The position numbers and the translations under genes are program-made. Source: Callorhinchus milii (taxonomy: Eukaryota). From it: a stretch of DNA of 64,000 nucleotides. The stretch lies in contig NW_024704743.1 in NCBI RefSeq assembly GCF_018977255.1, forward strand, positions 74,898,001 through 74,962,000. Reading direction: 5' to 3'. Each line of letters begins with the position of its first letter. The stretch's first letter is position 1. Positions 63,401-64,000 of the stretch are shown piece by piece. The notes under the pieces are model-generated. The model was given only the letters and a program-made list of their open reading frames with translations, had not been told where the DNA came from and did not search any database.

Positions 63401-63644
63401 CTGTTACACTTGCAGGAGCGAGCCACTGGGTCATTTTAAGTGCAAGTAGACGCATTGGTCTATTGAAATGGTGATGATTTAACTTGAATTCTTCCTTTTT
63501 AAGTTGTGTGTTCGAGCTATGGCAGCACTAGAAACTATTGGACCTCTAATGAATGGAATGAAAATACGCTCGGATATGGTCGGCCTCGCCTCTGAAGCAC
63601 TAAATCGAATGTTTCAGAAAGAACAAACTGAATTAGTGGCACAG
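252..63644 (+). CDS. DNAJC13: DnaJ homolog subfamily C member 13 (RME-8), partial multi-exon gene: 48 constitutive exons in window, 5' and 3' ends outside
   Basis: Spliced GT-AG exons translate to a continuous protein matching vertebrate DNAJC13 as recalled (IWN repeats, GYF-like segment, J-domain YHPDKNPEG). Phases are consistent except for a 1-nt deficit in the first exon. Confidence 0.97.
579..687 (-). mobile_element. 3' tail fragment of the tRNA-derived SINE family
   Basis: Reverse complement of the ...aagcgctatatcaaatgcaaggattattatt tail seen in the full copies; similar tails near 4131-4240, 18736-18830 and 61215-61310. Confidence 0.7.
742..948 (+). CDS. DNAJC13: DNAJC13 window exon 2
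   Basis: ttcag|[12 protein letters not shown]...ITPRHL|gtaaga; 207 nt. Confidence 0.93.
1176..1271 (+). CDS. DNAJC13: DNAJC13 window exon 3
   Basis: [36 protein letters not shown] flanked; 96 nt. Confidence 0.93.
2157..2248 (+). CDS. DNAJC13: DNAJC13 window exon 4
   Basis: [30 protein letters not shown](R); 92 nt. Confidence 0.93.
3050..3385 (-). mobile_element. Degenerate L2 LINE reverse transcriptase fragment
   Basis: Minus strand gives [12 protein letters not shown] and [11 protein letters not shown] (YADD-like) motifs; boundaries approximate. Confidence 0.7.
3906..4072 (+). CDS. DNAJC13: DNAJC13 window exon 5
   Basis: [22 protein letters not shown]...[10 protein letters not shown]; 167 nt. 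Confidence 0.93.
4646..4725 (+). CDS. DNAJC13: DNAJC13 window exon 6
   Basis: [26 protein letters not shown]; 80 nt. Confidence 0.93.
4817..4986 (+). CDS. DNAJC13: DNAJC13 window exon 7
   Basis: [14 protein letters not shown]...[11 protein letters not shown]; 170 nt. Confidence 0.93.
5455..5560. repeat. AT-rich (AAT/TTA)n low-complexity tract
   Basis: Degenerate aat/att trinucleotide run. Confidence 0.7.
6025..6124 (+). CDS. DNAJC13: DNAJC13 window exon 8
   Basis: [15 protein letters not shown]...DMLCALMC; 100 nt. Confidence 0.93.
6545..7365 (-). mobile_element. Degenerate non-LTR retrotransposon RT fragment, apparently not CR1/L2 type
   Basis: Frameshifted minus-strand motifs [52 protein letters not shown] within 6545-6780; the extension to 7365 is less certain. 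Confidence 0.6.
6922..6990 (-). mobile_element. CR1 LINE 3' terminal fragment
   Basis: Nearly identical to the 3' end of the CR1 at 14713-15240 (tacagcacaaaaagaggccattcg...). Confidence 0.75.
8079..8426. mobile_element. Possible degenerate Tc1/mariner (Tigger-like) MITE
   Basis: TA + CAGTAACCCCCCG left end; degenerate ...ctggggttttcac right end. Confidence 0.3.
8682..8789 (+). CDS. DNAJC13: DNAJC13 window exon 9
   Basis: [36 protein letters not shown]; 108 nt. Confidence 0.93.
10958..11700 (-). mobile_element. L2 LINE 3' fragment (doubled 3' end) inserted in the CR1; 5-bp TSD ATCTA
   Basis: L2 C-terminus [23 protein letters not shown]...[14 protein letters not shown]; (CAA)n tails; ATCTA at 10953-10957 and 11701-11705. 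Confidence 0.88.
11155..11385. repeat. 45-bp G-rich minisatellite (about 5 copies) in an L2 3' UTR
   Basis: Unit gggggaaatggtcagggtgaggggagggaagggagggagcgagga; aaatggtcag recurs at 11161, 11206, 11251, about 11296 and 11341. Confidence 0.9.
13399..13554 (+). CDS. DNAJC13: DNAJC13 window exon 10
   Basis: [18 protein letters not shown]...RTLFKLFQ; 156 nt. Confidence 0.93.
13988..14044 (+). CDS. DNAJC13: DNAJC13 window exon 11
   Basis: [19 protein letters not shown]; 57 nt. Confidence 0.92.
14577..14698 (+). CDS. DNAJC13: DNAJC13 window exon 12
   Basis: [24 protein letters not shown]...QRMLTN(R); 122 nt. Confidence 0.92.
14713..15240 (-). mobile_element. CR1 LINE 3' fragment
   Basis: [29 protein letters not shown] (CR1 ORF2 C-terminus) followed by the 3' stem-loop region. 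Confidence 0.9.
15320..15395 (+). CDS. DNAJC13: DNAJC13 window exon 13
   Basis: [25 protein letters not shown]; 76 nt. Confidence 0.92.
16085..16352 (+). mobile_element. tRNA-derived SINE, long variant, 5'-truncated
   Basis: agcagtaaataggaactggttgttagtcg segment, Deu-like core and shared tail. Confidence 0.75.
17203..17298 (+). CDS. DNAJC13: DNAJC13 window exon 14
   Basis: [32 protein letters not shown]; 96 nt. Confidence 0.92.
17483..17714 (-). mobile_element. tRNA-derived SINE, short variant, lacking head
   Basis: Matches the body and tail of 22436-22746 in reverse. Confidence 0.85.
17995..18138 (+). CDS. DNAJC13: DNAJC13 window exon 15
   Basis: [26 protein letters not shown]...MGIAQKE; 144 nt. 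Confidence 0.93.
19224..19241 (+). CDS. DNAJC13: Putative alternative microexon of DNAJC13 (18 nt QDRNSL, or 15 nt DRNSL from 19227)
   Basis: Pyrimidine tract plus TGC, tandem acceptor AAG|CAG|, consensus donor CTG|gtaagt; phase 0/0 matches the flanking exons. Confidence 0.72.
19787..20280 (-). mobile_element. Degenerate L2 LINE fragments
   Basis: (CAA)n tail, [18 protein letters not shown] L2 motif and FHTHADDIQ (YADD-like) motif on the minus strand. Confidence 0.7.
22436..22746 (+). mobile_element. Full-length tRNA-derived SINE (short variant)
   Basis: A box tagctcatgg, B box ggttcgattcc, Deu-like core, L2-like tail with (TAT)n. Confidence 0.9.
23984..24268 (+). mobile_element. Deu-domain SINE (SacSINE1/AmnSINE1-like), degenerate
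   Basis: gttcaggtggatgttaaagatcccatgg...gtgcaaattggctgctgc resembles the Deu domain as recalled; related fragments near 27030-27215, 58570-58948 and 62035-62220. Confidence 0.7.
24762..24809 (+). CDS. DNAJC13: Candidate alternative cassette exon ([16 protein letters not shown])
   Basis: cccttgttctgttcctgtcaaag| 48 nt, no stop, phase 0/0 |gttgga; no transcript evidence. Confidence 0.4.
28330..28486 (+). mobile_element. CR1-type 3' end fragment
   Basis: ggcacagactcgatgggctgaatggcctcctgtg followed by (ATTCTATG)-like terminal repeats. Confidence 0.75.
28761..28843 (+). CDS. DNAJC13: DNAJC13 window exon 16
   Basis: [27 protein letters not shown]; 83 nt. Confidence 0.93.
29525..29678 (+). CDS. 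DNAJC13: DNAJC13 window exon 17 (IWN repeat)
   Basis: [21 protein letters not shown]...SWNHQEFE; 154 nt. Confidence 0.93.
29752..30065 (+). mobile_element. Full-length tRNA-derived SINE (short variant)
   Basis: Same A/B boxes, body and tail as 22436-22746. Confidence 0.9.
30157..32130 (-). mobile_element. L2 LINE (RT to 3' end) split by a solo LTR
   Basis: [60 protein letters not shown]; (CAA)n tail. Confidence 0.9.
30872..31418 (-). mobile_element. Solo LTR (547 bp; ERV1- or Gypsy-like)
   Basis: TG...CA termini (tgtcgtggaa / ttccaca); 4-bp TSD GGTT at 30868-30871 and 31419-31422; minus-strand TATA-like and AATAAA signals. Confidence 0.8.
32140..32590 (-). mobile_element. Older L2 LINE C-terminal fragment
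   Basis: LWNSAP...[11 protein letters not shown] motif on the minus strand. Confidence 0.75.
33193..33835 (-). mobile_element. L2 LINE 3' fragment
   Basis: [37 protein letters not shown]2 tail. Confidence 0.88.
34217..34320 (+). CDS. DNAJC13: DNAJC13 window exon 18
   Basis: [34 protein letters not shown](S); 104 nt. Confidence 0.93.
34412..34571 (+). CDS. DNAJC13: DNAJC13 window exon 19
   Basis: [16 protein letters not shown]...IIGMLDR; 160 nt. Confidence 0.93.
36340..36521 (-). mobile_element. Degenerate tRNA-headed Deu-type SINE 5' part
   Basis: Minus strand tggctcaattggtaccactcttgcctcagagccagaaggttgcgggttcaag (A/B boxes), then Deu-like core. Confidence 0.6.
36770..37902 (+). mobile_element. 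L2 LINE 3' fragment (host), interrupted by an opposite-strand L2
   Basis: [17 protein letters not shown] start; host reads ...ccttcaa|insert|aaggcccatctcaagacc...; ends in a (TTG)n tail. Confidence 0.8.
37078..37731 (-). mobile_element. Young L2 3' fragment with about 3 copies of the 45-bp G-rich repeat
   Basis: Near-identical to 11054-11700; [36 protein letters not shown]. Confidence 0.9.
38747..38809 (+). CDS. DNAJC13: DNAJC13 window exon 20
   Basis: [21 protein letters not shown]; 63 nt. Confidence 0.92.
38951..39052 (+). CDS. DNAJC13: DNAJC13 window exon 21
   Basis: [34 protein letters not shown]; 102 nt. Confidence 0.93.
39131..39235 (+). CDS. DNAJC13: DNAJC13 window exon 22
   Basis: [35 protein letters not shown]; 105 nt. 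Confidence 0.93.
39407..39716 (-). mobile_element. Full-length tRNA-derived SINE (short variant)
   Basis: Reverse complement of ggagtcctgtagctcagtggttagagc... through the tail. Confidence 0.9.
40465..40667 (+). CDS. DNAJC13: DNAJC13 window exon 23
   Basis: [27 protein letters not shown]...CEYFPS(R); 203 nt. Confidence 0.92.
40880..40964 (+). CDS. DNAJC13: DNAJC13 window exon 24
   Basis: [28 protein letters not shown]; 85 nt. Confidence 0.92.
41283..41437 (+). CDS. DNAJC13: DNAJC13 window exon 25
   Basis: [14 protein letters not shown]...[12 protein letters not shown](R); 155 nt. Confidence 0.93.
41557..41602 (+). CDS. DNAJC13: DNAJC13 window exon 26
   Basis: [15 protein letters not shown]; 46 nt. 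Confidence 0.92.
42150..42941 (+). mobile_element. L2 LINE fragment with internal deletion
   Basis: [10 protein letters not shown] joined to [21 protein letters not shown]2 tail. Confidence 0.85.
43828..44191 (-). mobile_element. tRNA-derived SINE, long variant
   Basis: Head remnant, about 65-bp extra segment, core and tail. Confidence 0.8.
44486..44640 (+). CDS. DNAJC13: DNAJC13 window exon 27
   Basis: [21 protein letters not shown]...[10 protein letters not shown](R); 155 nt. Confidence 0.93.
45360..45690 (-). mobile_element. Old L2 3' fragment
   Basis: [17 protein letters not shown] motif; L2 tail. Confidence 0.7.
45856..46057 (+). CDS. DNAJC13: DNAJC13 window exon 28
   Basis: [18 protein letters not shown]...FPDWPIKDP; 202 nt. 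Confidence 0.93.
46260..46375 (+). CDS. DNAJC13: DNAJC13 window exon 29 (start of J-domain)
   Basis: [38 protein letters not shown]; 116 nt. Confidence 0.92.
46670..47022 (+). mobile_element. L2 3' fragment
   Basis: APPYLSDLL...[18 protein letters not shown]...FKTLLFD; L2 tail. Confidence 0.85.
47161..47239 (+). CDS. DNAJC13: DNAJC13 window exon 30 (J-domain HPD motif)
   Basis: [29 protein letters not shown] at 47213-47221; 79 nt. Confidence 0.95.
47533..47668 (+). CDS. DNAJC13: DNAJC13 window exon 31
   Basis: [16 protein letters not shown]...[10 protein letters not shown]; 136 nt. Confidence 0.93.
47945..47997. mobile_element. 53-bp hAT (Charlie-like) mini-MITE
   Basis: Perfect 15-bp TIRs cagggatggccaact / agttggccatccctg; flanking 8-mers atgtagac / ctctagac. 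Confidence 0.7.
48625..49450 (+). mobile_element. CR1 LINE 3' fragment
   Basis: [11 protein letters not shown]...[25 protein letters not shown]; same 3' end as 12720-12790. Confidence 0.9.
49497..49678 (+). CDS. DNAJC13: DNAJC13 window exon 32
   Basis: [17 protein letters not shown]...[12 protein letters not shown]; 182 nt. Confidence 0.93.
50967..51041 (+). CDS. DNAJC13: DNAJC13 window exon 33
   Basis: [25 protein letters not shown]; 75 nt. Confidence 0.91.
51126..51245 (+). CDS. DNAJC13: DNAJC13 window exon 34
   Basis: [21 protein letters not shown]...LLFYGK; 120 nt. Confidence 0.92.
51428..51607 (+). CDS. DNAJC13: DNAJC13 window exon 35
   Basis: [19 protein letters not shown]...[12 protein letters not shown]...ETNQQ; 180 nt. 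Confidence 0.92.
51834..52001 (+). CDS. DNAJC13: DNAJC13 window exon 36
   Basis: [20 protein letters not shown]...SQDSPAE; 168 nt. Confidence 0.92.
52226..52510 (+). mobile_element. tRNA-derived SINE, long variant, 5'-truncated
   Basis: gcctctgtttacctagcagtaagtagg segment, core and tail. Confidence 0.82.
53474..53587 (+). CDS. DNAJC13: DNAJC13 window exon 37 (IWN repeat)
   Basis: [28 protein letters not shown]...MVKR; 114 nt. Confidence 0.93.
54186..54302 (+). CDS. DNAJC13: DNAJC13 window exon 38
   Basis: [39 protein letters not shown]; 117 nt. Confidence 0.93.
54439..54616 (+). CDS. DNAJC13: DNAJC13 window exon 39
   Basis: [21 protein letters not shown]...[10 protein letters not shown]; 178 nt. 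Confidence 0.93.
54725..54829 (+). mobile_element. L2 3' tail fragment
   Basis: aagcgctccgggac...gggtgctatataaatgcaagttgttgttg. Confidence 0.6.
55430..55521 (+). CDS. DNAJC13: DNAJC13 window exon 40
   Basis: [30 protein letters not shown]; 92 nt. Confidence 0.93.
55945..56044 (+). CDS. DNAJC13: DNAJC13 window exon 41
   Basis: [33 protein letters not shown]; 100 nt. Confidence 0.93.
56331..56644 (+). mobile_element. Full-length tRNA-derived SINE (short variant)
   Basis: ggagtcctgtagctcagtggttagagc...ggttcgattc... through the tail. Confidence 0.9.
57109..57183 (+). CDS. DNAJC13: DNAJC13 window exon 42
   Basis: [24 protein letters not shown]; 75 nt. Confidence 0.92.
58236..58348 (+). CDS. 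DNAJC13: DNAJC13 window exon 43
   Basis: [37 protein letters not shown]; 113 nt. Confidence 0.93.
59518..59687 (+). CDS. DNAJC13: DNAJC13 window exon 44 (IWN repeat)
   Basis: [19 protein letters not shown]...[14 protein letters not shown]...DMML; 170 nt. Confidence 0.93.
60138..60620 (-). mobile_element. L2 3' fragment
   Basis: [30 protein letters not shown]; (CAA)n tail. Confidence 0.87.
60753..60795 (+). CDS. DNAJC13: DNAJC13 window exon 45
   Basis: [14 protein letters not shown]; 43 nt. Confidence 0.9.
61685..61716 (+). promoter_or_regulatory. Candidate CTCF binding site
   Basis: Core gccactagagggagcag, preceded by an upstream-motif-like ctgtaggttcc. Confidence 0.45.
62283..62456 (+). 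CDS. DNAJC13: DNAJC13 window exon 46
   Basis: [26 protein letters not shown]...LLEANNPH; 174 nt. Confidence 0.93.
62678..62857 (+). CDS. DNAJC13: DNAJC13 window exon 47
   Basis: [15 protein letters not shown]...VIHSLADNE; 180 nt. Confidence 0.93.
63504..63644 (+). CDS. DNAJC13: DNAJC13 window exon 48
   Basis: [20 protein letters not shown]...[11 protein letters not shown]; 141 nt. Confidence 0.93.
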
Positions 63645-64000
63645 GTGGGTATGGTTGGAATCTGAGATCCTAGCAATTGAATTGTCTTCCAAAAATGCTA
63701 GGTAGCCACAGTATATAAATACTGATCAAGATCAGATTGGTTATAGATTAATTTTTGTTTCACTTAATCATGTCTCTTTTGCGAATCTAGTATTTGCTGA
63801 GCAGTTTTCAAATCCTGCAGCAAATTGCATACTTTTGTTTCACTTTCTCTCCTTTCCCTGATGGGCATTGGCTTGCATGAGTGTTGACTATCCTTTGGTA
63901 CCTTGGGTAATTAGCATGTGCATATTTCCTATTTGACCATGAGAGAAGGGTTTGCTTAACTCAATTGAGCCCACTGCTGTGATTCCCCAATGATGTGCTT

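Noticed and set aside
252..63644. DNAJC13 as a pseudogene, or U12-type introns
   Set aside because: Only one frame lesion across 48 exons with intact splice sites; all introns read GT-AG and no donor has the U12 GTATCCTT signature

Overview
This is eukaryotic (vertebrate) genomic DNA, not prokaryotic. The whole window lies inside one + strand, intron-rich gene: DNAJC13/RME-8, an endosomal J-domain co-chaperone. I could place 48 canonical GT-AG coding exons from 252 to 63644 (about 2,010 codons, roughly human residues 113-2127 by recalled numbering), with consistent phases and the HPD motif at 47213-47221. Start and stop codons lie outside the window. The introns carry CR1 and L2 LINE fragments, a tRNA-derived SINE family with L2-like tails, Deu-domain SINEs, a solo LTR and tiny DNA-transposon relics. 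This repeat mix suggests a cartilaginous fish, possibly a chimaera (inference). The main points of interest are: a 15/18-nt NAGNAG microexon and a second candidate 48-nt in-frame cassette exon in the long 18139-28760 intron; a 1-nt frameshift in the first exon (likely an assembly error); two exons that begin with GTAAGA; a pre-miRNA-like hairpin; a 547-bp solo LTR with a 4-bp TSD; and a degenerate reverse transcriptase unlike the CR1/L2 elements. I found no evidence of a new multi-gene system. Comparisons with human protein and repeat consensus sequences are from memory and need database confirmation.
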